Shown here: positions 13,152 through 29,489 of the stretch, piece by piece
How positions within the stretch are numbered: the first letter of the stretch is position 1
How the letters are laid out: every line of letters starts with the position of its first letter
Origin: the human T2T-CHM13v2.0 reference genome, Homo sapiens
Strand: one strand, 5' to 3'
DNA length: 64,000 bases
Assembly (NCBI RefSeq): GCF_009914755.1
Contig: NC_060925.1
The notes under the pieces: generated by a model
What the model was told of the DNA's origin: nothing
Seen by the model: the letters and a program-made list of their open reading frames with translations, nothing else
The model's database searches: none
Translations under genes and position numbers: made by a program

Positions 13152-13166
13152 TTGGCCCGTAGCCAA
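13152..13166. promoter_or_regulatory. Perfect NFI palindromic site TTGGC-N5-GCCAA overlapping a CCAAT box
   Basis: ttggcccgtagccaat in unique DNA; motif match only. Confidence 0.35.
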
Positions 13167-15467
13167 TAACACAGTACAAGAAAGCTGAACTGAGACTATT
13201 GCTAATGTCACTATTTTTTTAAATACAAATAAACTGAGCGGGGTCAGTATCACAACACTCTTTTCAGTAATGTCATACTCTATGTTTCGTATGTCAACTA
13301 TTCTTTCAGGGCTCTCTTCTTCACCCCACAGTGCTTATTCCATGTACTTGCACTTGTTTAAGAATAAACTGATGATAAAAAAGAGCAAATTAGGCACATA
13401 AGCATTTTGTATAAATTTCTATAATAAGCAGTTATCCAAAAAAGTGATCTTTCATAGGGATGTATTATTTCTGCCACTGATGTATACATTTAGAGCTTAA
13501 AGTATAATTGTTGATATCACTTGTTTATAGCCAGTAAATCATGATTATAAACATCACGTTAGGTAGAATGAGAAAGAAGTAGGTTTTCAATGTATAAAAG
13601 TCTCTGCGAAGATCAATTAACCTCTATGAAGTCCTCCTGAGAAGAAAACATAGGTAATAATGTATATATATCAAGGTATGAATTAAAACAATAAAATAGA
13701 GCTTTCTAAATACCAAATGAGTCCTGGCATTAAACAAAAATATATATGATTTATATACAGAGTTTGAATCCCAACAGCCAATGAAGTACCCCAGGGATGT
13801 CTACATTAGCATGTGGCTTTAGTTTTATATAATATGAGGTAATGGAAAATTGAATAACAGTATAAAATGTGACTCGAGTAATGGTTTCACATAAGCTAAA
13901 GAGTTTCCATCGCCCAGTGTCATGTGCTTTTGTACTGTCTTTTCAATTATACTGATTTATAGTGTTCCATTGATGGATTCCTTTGATACATGATAATGTC
14001 ATGCTTTTCTAAATCAGCTTACTAAGATGGGGGCATTGCAAGAACCAAGAAAAAATTCCTTAGTAGCCCACAAAATAATTATATACTTCTTCTCAAGTAA
14101 AGGAGTTATTTCAAAACCATATACTGAAAAGCTGTTAATTAAAACATCACTATGATGTTTCTATTTTGAAAAATCTATCTAATAAAACTATCATAAAGTG
14201 TATGTGCTTTTAAGAAAAGAACAAAATTGGTAATTATCTAGATATCACTTCATAGGAATGTTTGAATACAGAATATATCTTTTACTATTTACCTGTATCT
14301 TTTGTTCATTCTAGAAATATTCAATTCTACTTTTTATTCTGTTACAACTAAATTCACATTACGTATCATCATATCCCCACTGAATATCTCTGTGAACTGT
14401 AATTTACAGACTCAAGCACATATAGAGCATTCAGACAAGTATTTTATCTATTACAGTTTACTTTTAACCAATATGAGCAGTCATATTTCATTTAAAAATA
14501 AACTTCTGTTTTTGACATTTATGAATAAGTGGACAATGTGCAAAATTGACCTTTTTTACACATTTAATAATTATGTGTATATTTATTGCTAAGGGCTCTT
14601 TTTGCCAATTGTCACACTGGATCATCTTCTATTTTGTATTATATCACAAGCAGGTCAGGAATCTAGTTCTGGGCATCTTAACATACCGGTACACTCTGCA
14701 TTATCTATTTCTCTCAGAAATACATATGGTTTGGTTTCCCTCCATGTTACAAGCACACAAATATGAAGAAATCAAGTCAGTATTGATTTACACCACAGAT
14801 AATTATAGATGAATGTGTGAGAAGGCTCTCTAATAGAATTCTGTCAATCAACTCCAGGCCAAACTTTCTCATTATGTGTTTGCTGAAACTATATGATGGA
14901 ATTTGTCTGGTGACATTTCAGGGATAGTGACTTTGATTTCAAAGGAAATGTTTCAGGTTCATTTCATTACCTTAGAAAAGTAAAAGCAAATTTGCCTTAT
15001 AAAAAGCAATTACTTCTTAGCTGACCAGTGCACAATAGCAATATAAGAGAGATTTCTCATTCCACTATTTAAATTCTGAACCAGCAAACTAGTGTTTGAT
15101 TTTGCTTTAAGCCAATTTTACTGTGTTTGAATTGCAAAAGCATTTAATCTTCGTAAAGTAGGTCATTATAATGGAGATCATATTGTATTGGTATGGAATA
15201 CCAGGTAAGGGACAATAAGGTGCTGGTATTTTAAAAGTATTTATGACATTCTAAAAACAATATTTGGTAGAAAATATTTATGAACATTTCAAGAAATACA
15301 GAGAACATATTGTAAATGGACATTGCATGATTATCAGCTTCTGCAGTTACACTTTTATTTATTTCAAATCATAGTTCTGTGAAATTTTAACTGAGTATTA
15401 AAAGTATTTTAATCTACAGTCAATATAATGACTATTATGAATAAAATATTAGAAAAACCTGATCAAC

Positions 15468-15767
15468 TTTTTTTTTTTTTTTTTTTTCTTGAGACGGAGT
15501 CTCTGTCACCCAGGCTGGAGTGCAGTGATGCAATCTTGGATCGCTGCAAGCTCCGCCTCCCGGGTTCACGCCATTCTCTTGCCTCAGCCTCCCTAGTAGC
15601 TGGGACTAAAACTGCCCGCCACCACACCCTGCTAATTTTTTGTATTTTTAGTATAGACGGGGTTTCACCATGTCAGCCAGGATGGTCTCCAACTCCTGAC
15701 CTCGTGATCCGCCCGCCTCAGCCTCCCAAAGTGCTGGGATTACAGGCGAGAGCCACCGCACCTGGCC
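15468..15767 (-). mobile_element. AluY
   Basis: gcaagctccgcctcccgggttcacgccattctc; TSD acctgatcaa(c/a)ttt at 15457 and 15768. Confidence 0.95.
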
Positions 15768-17249
15768 ACCTGATCAAATTTTACTCACAATTTCATCAAT
15801 ACTTTAAATGTATGCTCCATAATAAAAACATTCTTAAAATAGGTTTTTAATTTAAATACTAGTTCACAAGTTAGAAAAATAGAGGTAGCATCCAGAGAGC
15901 CAATTGCTAGTATGCATGCATTTATTAACCTTCAGTATCAAGTCTAATAAAGGGTTAGAGGAAATCTACTAATCATAAAAATTGTTCTATGAGTATTATA
16001 CAGGACAAAAACATAAAATTTGAGATTAACAAACAGAAAAAATGTAAGGCTTAGTTAGTCAAAACAAGATGATTTTTGTTTATAGTGCTGATAAAGAGCT
16101 TTGTTTAAACAATCTCAAAAATAAATCTCCAGTGAAGAATATGAAAAGAGAAAAAGTATCAACAAATTAAAAAAATTCAAATATAGATGAAGTTTGTCTC
16201 TAAATTCAAATAAGCTTTAAATGTATGACATTGGAAATAGTAAAAATTATGGTATTAACACAAATGTTAGAATTTTAAATAATAAAAATTGAAGAATGTA
16301 TTTATTTATATACTTATTTGTGAGTATCAGAATCTCAAGGGCAGAAGGTTAGAATATCTCATGTTATTTTCTGCCAAAGTCTTTATTATTTTACACTATT
16401 TGAATGCAAATCAAAGTATTTCTTACAGTTTGAGGTAATAGATTATTTACATACCACTATGTGCTAATAAACGTTTAAAATTTTTCTTTCAATAATATTT
16501 TGATTAGAGCCATCAATTATGATTCATTTTTTTGTCGATGAAGCTACAATAAAGTTATATACATTGAATAACTATCAGTGAATCCTTAGTGCTATAAAAA
16601 ATGTATCATTAAATCTAACAGGTATATTTGAGTCTTATCTGTATGAGTACAAAAGAAAACTATGAATAAAAATGATCTATGGCTGTCACCATATAGAATA
16701 AGAAAAACGTAGAAAGCTTTCATATTCTTTTCAGGATGTAAATAACCCAAAGACAATAAGTCCAATGAGATAGAGGGGAATAAAGATAAGTTAGCTAAGT
16801 GATAGTGGAAGAATATGGGAATAGTGCTTGAGTCAAACAAAGAGACTTTCATGATCAATTGGGATAAATGACATAGGCACATGGAACATGTACAGGTAAC
16901 AAAAAACATTGTTAGTGGATAGAAGAGAAGTTCACAATTGAAATTCTAAATTAAGATAAATACTTGCCAATGTACTTAAAAACAATGTAGACACAAGTTA
17001 GAATTGTTTTTAAGATCAGACTTTTTCATGAACTTAAGAAAATTAGTATCAATAATATATTTGAGACTATTTAGTGAAGTGAAAATAGTTACTTTCAGAT
17101 ATTTTAAAATAGGAATCAAAAGACAGAAGATTCCACAAAGAAAGAAACTTTTTTTAAAGAATAAGAAAATATACATTTTGCCTATAGCCCCACATGATTA
17201 AGAAAAATATATCAGGAGCATCTTAAATGTTTTCTCTCCTTTTGAAGCT

Positions 17250-19349
<2,100 letters not shown>

Positions 19350-19999
19350 ATTTTTTTAGAAAGCTGATTGTGTAAAATAACTGAGAGAAAAATTCCTGAC
19401 AAATGTCTCTCATCTTTTTCTTATAAATAGAGGAAGTATAATATTGTTAATGATAATGTATTTCAAGTTACTTAGTTATTCAGGCATTAGAAATAAAGTA
19501 TGTATACAAACTCTAGTAGTGGTGTCCTTAACAATAATAATATATTTTCATTATTATTTAATAAATTTTTGATACCTCATTATTTCCTTGTGGCTTAATC
19601 ATAAATCAATCAGCTTCCCCAGATTCAACTCCAGAAAACTTACATTCTGAACTCAACGTTACCCAATATTCCCCCAGTATAGTACATACTCCAGTACTCC
19701 CATGACTTTGCTCCTAATTTTCTCTTTGCTTTACATACTTCTGAAATGTACATTAAACATTACTTTCTTTGTAAATCTGTGCCTGCTTTCATTAGGTAGG
19801 ATTAGCTACTACACATTCATGTTTCTTTCAAGCCTCTGTATAAGCATATTTTGCATAAAATAATGCAATTTACTCTCCCAAGTTTCTATGAATTTGTGCG
19901 GGGGCAGAAGTTTTCTTATTCAATGCTATAACCTTAACACGCACCACAGAGCCTGATGTGCATTACCCTGTGATGACTAATACAATAATTACAGATGTT

Positions 20000-20171
20000 A
20001 ACTACTAACATACAATAATAACTACTGATTAACAGTTGTGATAACACTTGTCCACTAAGTTCTTTACAATTATTTCTCATTTAATTCATCCAACAACTCT
20101 ACACGATTGATACCATTATTATCTCTACATTATTGCAGAAGAAACTAAGGCAAACAGAAGTAGTGTAACTT
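20000..20171 (-). mobile_element. MIR fragment
   Basis: tctcatttaattcatccaacaactct...attattatctctacattattgcagaagaaactaaggcaaacagaag resembles the MIR core. Confidence 0.6.
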
Positions 20172-20708
20172 ATATATAGATGTTTGATGAATATGGATAC
20201 AACTCCAAAGTAGTCAGATTGAATTGTTTTTCCTCTATGTGCAACTTTCCAGTTCAGTATAACTAAAGACAACTGTATCTCTAAGATTGAGAGAATTTAC
20301 CACAATTGAGGCTCCTCAAGATCTTTGAAAGATCATTTGGGCAAAAATGACATTTGGAGAAAAAAGTGATAAACAGTCCGCTAAAAGTTACTTCCCTGGA
20401 ATAAAATTTAGACACTGCATCTGGGCATCATTTAACCAGCTTTGATCAGGGTATTTTCATGATAGAACTGTTTTTAACCTACCAAAGTACCATTTCATTT
20501 GCTCTCCTGGCTTGTTCTGCTTATAAAAACAACCAACCAAGGAAAAAAATAAAAAACAAAAACCAGAAAAACAGCATACAAAAACACAGATGGTGCTTGG
20601 CCCTGAGTCCCTACATCATCAGCAGCAAGGACTCATTCCCATCTCCCACCAAAAGCTGACCCAAAATTTTGAAATTTGGACCCTCAGCCCATTTAATTAT
20701 TTACCTAC

Positions 20709-20818
20709 CTGTGAGCTCCAAATCAGATTAGTACCACAAACTTCTGTCATGAGATGAGCAAGATTAGTTTCCGGATTTTTATTTCATTCTCACTATAATT
20801 CATACTTCTTCAAATGTT
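20709..20818 (-). ncRNA. Candidate 110-nt non-coding exon
   Basis: Acceptor cttactaaacttatttttttctgtcag| with branch-like TACTAAA; donor cag|gtaggt; stops in all three frames. Confidence 0.3.
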
Positions 20819-22052
20819 CTGACAGAAAAAAATAAGTTTAGTAAGTTTGGCATTATTTCAATGGACATGGCTTATCTTCTACCCAATGTGAGATTCTGAG
20901 TCTTTTCCTAATGCTAAGTTAAAGGACAGTGGAGGCAACAACAAATAGACTTTTCAGATCCCAGTATGTTTAAAAAAAATTTAAAAAAAGAAAGAAAATG
21001 AAGAAAAAAGGAAGATTTAACTCAAGATTTTAGTGAAAAAGAAAACTCCACAAAGAAACGCTAACTTTTAACACTTGCAAACATTTAAAACATATGAAAA
21101 CAGATAAGTTGTCCCTAAAGAATGTGTTGTTTTAGTATTGAAAATGAAGTAATGGAATATTGCAAGTAACGATCACATACAGCATAAAACTTATCAAATA
21201 TGACAATTTTATGATTTCTACAATGATATATGTTCCAAATTTAAGATCTGCTATTCTAGATATACATTATATTCTATCTAATTGCCAATAATTTAAAAAT
21301 ATTTTTCCAAAGCAGAAGATCTAAATAATTGCTCAACTTAATTAACTAATAAAGAGTTCTAATAAGTTACTGAACTTCCTGTTTCCATGCAATATAATTC
21401 ATTTGCATGTCTGAAAATCAGGTCATCTACTTTTTGACTATTTCATTTTTTTTTTTGGCTGATGCATCTATTCTTTGTCAATACAAAATATAGCCTCTGA
21501 GAGTCTCATTTAAGATTTTCTATCAACTTTTCTGAAAATCAAGTGAACGTTGTTTGTGTCACTGCAAAATGACTTGTTCTGCTGAAATTTTTCTAAGAAT
21601 GAAATTAAAAAGACATACCATACCATAAGAATCTCACAGGGGAATAGTAAACAAAGAGCAAGACAAGTGCAGGTATCTATTTTCAAGAGACTAGAGGACA
21701 ATATTAATGTGACACACTGGCATTTGGAAGCCACAAAAGAAGCCTTGGCATTAAGTATTCTTATCTAAAAACAGCAATCAGAAGCCAAGTGAGCAATAAT
21801 AAAATAAGAAGCTGCAACAATAAGCAAATGAATGAATACAAACATCACAGTAACCTAGAAGACGTTATTACCAAAATAATGTTCAGATCTTACTTCAAAT
21901 AACATCTACACTTTTTAAAGAAGAAGATTCAATCTCAGAGAAACTGGTTTGGTTTCTCAGCTGGGAATATTTATTTGGTCATACTAAACAATTGAGCCAG
22001 TGGATCAGCAGTAGCTGATTGCAAGATTCTTAAGTAGACACACATTACATTT

Positions 22053-22974
22053 CGTAGGGGATCAAAATATGTCATTCTCAAGTATGCTAATTAGGCATAA
22101 GATTACTTTGAACTGGAAATACATAAGATTTAACAGATGCAGAAATCAGCCTTCCAAAGCTTTCCTTATTTGATTAAAATCAGAAAATTCCAAAAAATGA
22201 TGACTGCTATAAAATCCCCTCTCCTAGGGAAGTTTTATGGCCATAAAAAACAAAGTAGGCACCAAGGTGGGCTATACAAATACTTCATTAGTTTCTCCCA
22301 CATGTACTTACCCCCTGATGGTTTACTGCCTTGAAATCCTAAAAGCCTTTTACTTTATCGTCGTATTTGTCTACATATTTATTGTTCTTTGCTAAGATGT
22401 GATACAAGCCCAAGGTCTAACCACTCCTTTGAATTACTTATCACTGAGGTTTCTCCCATGTGATATGTGTTAAACATAATAAACTGTTTATTTTTCTCTT
22501 GATAATCTGTCTTTTGTCAATCTAATTCACAGGCTCCCAAACAATAAACCTAAGATGGGTATTGATATGGTTTGGCTGTGTCCCCACACAAAATCTCATA
22601 TTGAATTGTAATCCGAATTGTAATCCCCACATGCTGGGTGAGGGAACTCATAGGAGGTGATTAGATCGTGGAGGTGTTTTCCCTACACTGTTCTCATGAT
22701 AGAGAGTGAGTTCTCAGGAGATCTAATGGTTTTATAAAGGACTTTTCCCCACTTTGCTTGCACTTCTCTCTCCCGTTGCCATGTGAAGTAGGATGTGTTT
22801 GCTTCCCCATCTGCCATAATTGCAAGTTTTCTGAGGTCTCCCCAGCCATGGGGAAATGTGAGTCAATTTAATATCATTTTTTTAAATATAAATTGCCCAG
22901 TCTTGGGCAGTTCCTTATAGCGAGAATCAACTAATACAGGTACTGAAAAACAGTTTTATTTTTTCTTAACTACA
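22053..22974 (+). mobile_element. MER34-family ERV1 solo LTR interrupted by THE1D
   Basis: (c)gtaggggatcaaaatatgtca...ggcataagattactttgaactg start; aataaa; aacctaagatgggta...ctaca end; 4-bp TSD attt/cttt. Confidence 0.75.
22563..22938 (+). mobile_element. THE1D-like MaLR solo LTR
   Basis: tgatatggtttggctgtgtcccc...actaataca; 5-bp TSD ggtat/ggtac. Confidence 0.9.
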
Positions 22975-24399
22975 CTTTTAGCCATTTACATGTAACAGAT
23001 CCACGCCATCATCAGGAAGGGAGATATTGTGTTAAATCTGCTTTTTGTGACAATAAGTATTGAGTGCTAAAAGGGATTATAAGAATCATCTAGTACAACG
23101 TCCTCATTGTGTTATTGTAAAAAGACAGTCAAAAAGCCAAATTACATAGGTAAATGCAGTTTAAAGTTGAATCAAAAACAGTTGGCTAGAACCCAATTCT
23201 CAATTCTCTTGAATCCTTCTTTTATTTTTTTCTTTTCTTTCTTTTTTTTTTTTAAATGATTATACCACAGTGTCCTCTCTACCACATTGGCAAGTGGCAA
23301 TCTTTCTTTTTCCTAGACTAAAAGTGAAACTACACTTCAATGTCATAGGTTAAAAGGATATAATAAAGCTGGCTTTGGTGAAAATTAATATTTTGGCTAT
23401 TCCTCCAATTTCAAATATAATAGATATCTATACAAAGATCTTTCTTTTTTGACAACTTAAGTAATAACTTTATAAAATATTAGGTCTATACCCTGCTGCT
23501 ATTGTAATAGACTTTTGCTGCAATCTTTTGGTATTGTACAGTTTCAAAAGAACACTATATCTTCTGATACCCTGTGAAATAAAAATAACAATTTTCTTTA
23601 GCACAATTATTTTTCCAGTGGAAATGCTGAAAATTAAAAGCATATTAATATGTTTCTACTGTTAGTGAGTTGCTTTTGCTTCTTTTGGGACAGAGAGTAA
23701 TGAATGAGCACTGAGGTATTGAGGGCTCCTGCAGTTAATAGCCAGAGAAGGTCTTAATTTAAGATACTCAAAACTGCTGTTATAGGACGTCTGAAGTAGT
23801 CTGTGGAATCCAAATTAAAATTGAGTTTATTTTATCTGTTGTATAAATTAGAGGTAGAGCTTAAACTTTATTGCAATAAGTAAAAATTCAATATCAAATT
23901 TAATCTGGCACTTGCTTGGTTGGTCTCACCTGTCTTCAAAATGCTCATTGGAAACTGTTAGGAAATAACTGTTGTAGTATTAGAGGTAATTCTGTAATTA
24001 ATTAAAAATACAGTGCAATTGTGACTACACCTGGAATGGATATCTATCCTGTAAATCATATCAAAGAGAAGTATATAGAGGAAAAATTTATAGAAGGAAA
24101 TGAAGAAGACTGGTCATGCTACAATTGAATGGAAAAATTGATAACAGTTTCAGAAAAGACAGACTAATGTGCTAATTCAACTTTGAACATTGGGCAGATG
24201 ATACTGTATGAAGGGTGATATAAGGAAGAGAAATTTCCCTAGATAATTTCGGATTACAACAACAAACATAGTAAAATCATTATGATATAGTTGTGACACT
24301 ATAGTAAAAACAATCTTACATTTGTTCTGTAATTTTAAATAGAGTAAATGTATATACATATATATTATTTCTTTACTAGATTTCAAATACCTAGTTTCT

Positions 24400-24925
24400 T
24401 TCTAAAAGAAAAAAACAAAGTAATGTACTATAAACCATACATATTGAAATTGTACAAATTGACAGGCATTGACATATGGATACATGGATACAATCATGAA
24501 CCTATCATCGCAATTAAGATAATGAACATTGTTATCATTTCAAAGGGATCCCTTTTGTCTCTTTGCAATGCATTCTACCCTACATAATGTCCAGAACCAG
24601 GTTATTGCATTCTGTTGCTATAGATTCCACTTTATTTTTTCAGAATTGTATCTGGAGTCACACAGTCTGTATTATTTGTATTTGATTGCTTTTCTCACTA
24701 CAATGATTCAGGGATTCATTCATGTTGTTTTGTTTGTCAATTGTTTGTGCCTTTTTGCTGCTGAAAAATACTCAATTAAATGAGCATACCACAAATTATC
24801 CACTCAGCTGTTGAAGAACTTTATTTGTTTGTTTGTTTTTTCTTCTAGATTTTGGTTGTTACAACTAAAGTTACTATGAACAATTGTGTAGGATATTTGT
24901 GTGAACATTTGATCTTTAATTTTTT
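24400..24925 (-). mobile_element. Old L1 (L1MC/MD/ME) 3' end
   Basis: atcatcgcaattaagataatgaacattgttatcatttcaaaggg...gattcattcatgttgtt...ctatgaacaattgtgta typical of L1M 3'UTR. Confidence 0.65.
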
Positions 24926-25072
24926 TATTTTTATAATTTTTTTCTACTATTTTTGCTTTATCAATTTCTACTCTTATTTTCATTTTTTTTTTCTGCTTAC
25001 TTTATGTCTTTTGCTTATTTAGTTTCCTAAGGTACAGACAGGTTTTATTTTTTAAACTAATTTTCTAAAACG

Positions 25073-25129
25073 TTAGGCTGGTGCAAAAATAATTGCAGTT
25101 TTGCGTTAACAACTTTTGCACTAACCTAA
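25073..25129. mobile_element. MADE1 (Hsmar1 mariner MITE), internally deleted
   Basis: ttaggctggtgcaaaaataattgcagttttg...acttttgcactaacctaa matches MADE1 terminal inverted repeats. Confidence 0.85.
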
Positions 25130-25211
25130 CAGTTGTTTAACACTATAAACACCTCTCCCAGGATTTCTTTTGCTACATCCCAACCCATGACATATTTTAA
25201 GTTGTAGTTTT

Positions 25212-25519
<308 letters not shown>

Positions 25520-26283
25520 AGGTTGCAGTTTTAATTGTTTGAAATATTTCCTGATTACTTTGCAATTTTTTGAACATAACGTTTCTTTTTAAAAACACTC
25601 TCAATTCTGTTTTATTGATTTATATGTCCGTCCATTTGCCAGCATTACATTGTTTTGCTTACTGTTGCTTTGTATTAAGTTTTGAAATGATAAGTGTGAG
25701 TCCTACTACTTTGTTAGTCTTTATCAAGCTATATTCCACTATTTTGAAACCCTTACAATTCCATATGAACTTTAAAATCAATTTGTCAATTTCTATAAAT
25801 ACATCATCTTTGATTCTGGTAGTGATTATGTTAAATTTGTAGATCAATTTGAAGAGTATTGCCATTTTAACAGGTTAAATTGTCCAATGCATGCACACGG
25901 AATGATTTTCCCAATTACCTAGATTTTCTTTTAATTTCTCTGAAAAACATTTTGTGGTTTAAGAGTATGTACTGCACTTCTTTTGTTAAATTTGTCCATT
26001 TAAGTATTTTAACCTTTTTGGTGCTATTAAAAATGGAATTTGTTTTTAAATTTTATTTTTGGATTGTTTATTTGTAGTGTGTCTTTGACTTTTAGCATTT
26101 TTATTATCATGTGTCTATGTAGATCGTTTTGCATTTGTCTTGTTTATTATAACTACTTTAGCATGTTTATGTGTATAAAATATAATTTATATATATATGT
26201 TAATCTGACATTGTTTTTCTAAGGCTGTTTATGTTGCCTGTTTTTTGTTGTTGTTGTTGTTGTTTGTTTGTTTCTTTCCGTGG

Positions 26284-26630
26284 TGAGGCAGGAAAATACG
26301 GTCTGGAGGCAGAGAACATAAGGCCAATTTACACTTCAGCTATGACAGGAAGTATCTTCTCCATAGGGCATATGCTGTAAATGACTTTGTAACTTTACTT
26401 CATCCTCTCCATTCACATACAGCCTACCCCAAGTAACTAATGGAATCTGCTAGGTGGTATTGAAACTTTTAAAAATTCTGTAACAGGGCCTTTGGGCCTC
26501 TGTGATCAAGCCTGCTCCCACACTGTGGCAAGTATTTCATTTTCAATAAAACCCTTCATTCCTTCCTTGTTTTGTTTGTACGTTTTGTCCAATTCTTTGT
26601 TCAAGATGCCAAGAACCTGGACACCCTCCA
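26284..26630 (+). mobile_element. MER61A-like ERV1 LTR
   Basis: tgaggcaggaaaatacggtctggaggcagagaacataaggcc...caagaacctggacaccctcca; last few nt missing. Confidence 0.85.
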
Positions 26631-28376
26631 GTTTCTTTTCATGCCTGATAATGTTTTGTTGAAAATCATTTTAGATAATATATTGTAGCAACACAAACCC
26701 ACCCCTTTGGGACTTGTTGTTTTGCTTGTTTATCTGTATACTTACTAACTGAATTATTCTAGTGAAGTCTACTTTTCCACCTACAATGTTTAGACTCTGA
26801 TTTTTTTCCTCTGAGAAGGGAAGCATCCCAGAGTCATCCTGATGTGATAATTTCTAGGTAGGGATAACTTCTTTCCCTCACCACACTTAGTTATGGTACT
26901 TCACTAATTGCAACTCATTGCTTTATTATTTTCAACAATGCCCTCAGGAGTAAATTCCTCTACACACTAATCCATTTACATTCTGGCTTCTTTGAAAGTA
27001 TAATTTCTGAGATCAATGTTTTATTTTCGTTCTGACTCTAGGAGGACTCTTCCTAGCTGTATTATTTCCTGTTTTCTTTCTTTTTTTTTTTTTTCTAGAA
27101 AACTGGGTAGCTTATAGTTTATCTCATAAATTAAATCTCTTTCTAACCGCCTATCACCAGAATCTTCATTTCCTCATTCTCTTTCAACTGAGGTTAGTTT
27201 ATTGAGAGGATATTATAAACACTCTGTTTTATGGTCTGTTTCTTCCCCAGGCAAAATTTCTGAGCCATGGCTTTGTAGCTGGAGGTGGAGGCAATGGAAA
27301 ACTTTTTTTCTGAGTGACACTGCTACTATAGGAGTAAAGAAATTACTGGACAGATGTCAGGATCCAGGGGTCTTCTCAGTTGCCTCTCCTACTGTGAAAA
27401 TGGCAAAATGATCAGGGCCCCAGTATTGTCAGCGCACCACACTCAAGGTAATACCTCCATCATGCAAGTGGAAATTGGACAAGAAAAGGGATCCTTCATC
27501 TCTTAACTATGCTTATGGGGAACTAGCCTCAGCAACGTGTAGCAGTAGGCATGAAGAGAAACACATTCTGCTCTTCCTTGGAAGAAATTCCTCTGTCTGT
27601 GTTAACTGTGTTATTACTACAGCTGACTGAAATGAAGTCTTTATCTCTCCGAGCTACAAGCGGTGAAGGAGAGACCCTTGGTTCAAATACCAGACTCTTG
27701 CCTTTCTTACTGAATTTGCATAGATGTTCTGGAGTATATATTCATTTGCTGTTTACCCTAAGATCATTTCTAGAGACTTCAAATGGTGGTTCCTTTTTTT
27801 TTTTATATACAGCTCTTCTGAGTTTCACTGGAGAGAGGCTTATACTGGTTATGCTTGAAATCAATCTTCTGTGTGTTTTTTCAGCTTTCAAATATTTGAG
27901 GATTTTGAGTCTTTTTGTATTTTTGAAATATGTAATTATTTTATCATCAGAACACATTCTATGTGTGATTTAAACCCCTTAAAATTTTTAGTATTTGTTT
28001 TGTTGTATAGAATACAGTCTATTTTAGCAAATATTTTATGTGCACTGAAAAAAATGTGTTGATTTGTCTGTTGATGGCTAAAATTTTCTAGACATATCAA
28101 TTATGTCAAGGTAATTATTAGTGTTTGCCAAGTCTTCAATAGTCTTGTTGAATTTCTACGTGCATGCATTATTGAGGAAGGAGTGTTGAAATCTTACTAG
28201 CACTATAAATTTATTCATTTCTCCTTTTAATTTTAATTTCAAGTATTTTAAAAATCTGTTATTACATGCATAAACATATACTATTGCTGTGTCCTCTACA
28301 TGAATTGACCCCTTACTCATTATGAAATGAACTTCTTTATCTCTGGTAATATTCTTTTCTTTATCTATTTTTTTCT

Positions 28377-28674
<298 letters not shown>

Positions 28675-29489
28675 TATCTATTTTTTTCTAAAAATTAATA
28701 TGGTTATTTCATTTTATTTTGGTGTTAGCATGATGTATCTTTTTCATTCCTTGTATATTTAAGCTTATTTAAAAGTTGGCCTTACATGAAAAATGGACTC
28801 CTTGTTGACAGTATATAGTTCGTTCTTGCTTTTAAAAGAATCAAACCTGGTAATCTCTGCATTTATGAAGCATGGCTTCAGCAATTTACGTTTAATATGA
28901 TTATTATGGTTAAATATAAAATTTTGTTATTTCTTTTTTTTCCATCTGTGTGCACATCCTATTTGGAAAATTTTACCATATCTCAGAGCAATAGGATGTT
29001 AGATAACAATATATTTGTATCTTATACAAGTACATCAAGAAACAATACTGGAAACTATGTTTATATATAAGAAGTCAGATTACTATAATCTATTGGTGGC
29101 AAATGAAGCTTTCTGAACATCATACCAAAAACAAAACTTATAAAACCTATTAGGATGTTTAATAATGAAAGCATTTGGAGGTCAAAAATAATAATAAATA
29201 ATAAAGCAAATGCTAGATTAAAAGTTAAATTACAAAAGTTTACAATCTTTACTTTCTGAGATTTTTACAAACCAAAACCAGAATCCTAATAAAGAAAAGA
29301 GAAGTAAAATACATTATTATGTCATCCACCACAGTAAGCAGAATTCAAGATTACATCTAATGAGAAATGTCCTTACATAATTCCCTTCCTCTATGTAATA
29401 GCTAAGCATATGTCTGTATCAAACCAATTGAATTTGGCAAAAGTATTGGCGTAGTCATTACACTGATAATTTCTTAGGTGGCTGGAAAG

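Noticed and set aside
26284-26630. p53 response element in MER61
   Set aside because: No intact RRRCWWGYYY pair seen; the corresponding region is degenerate
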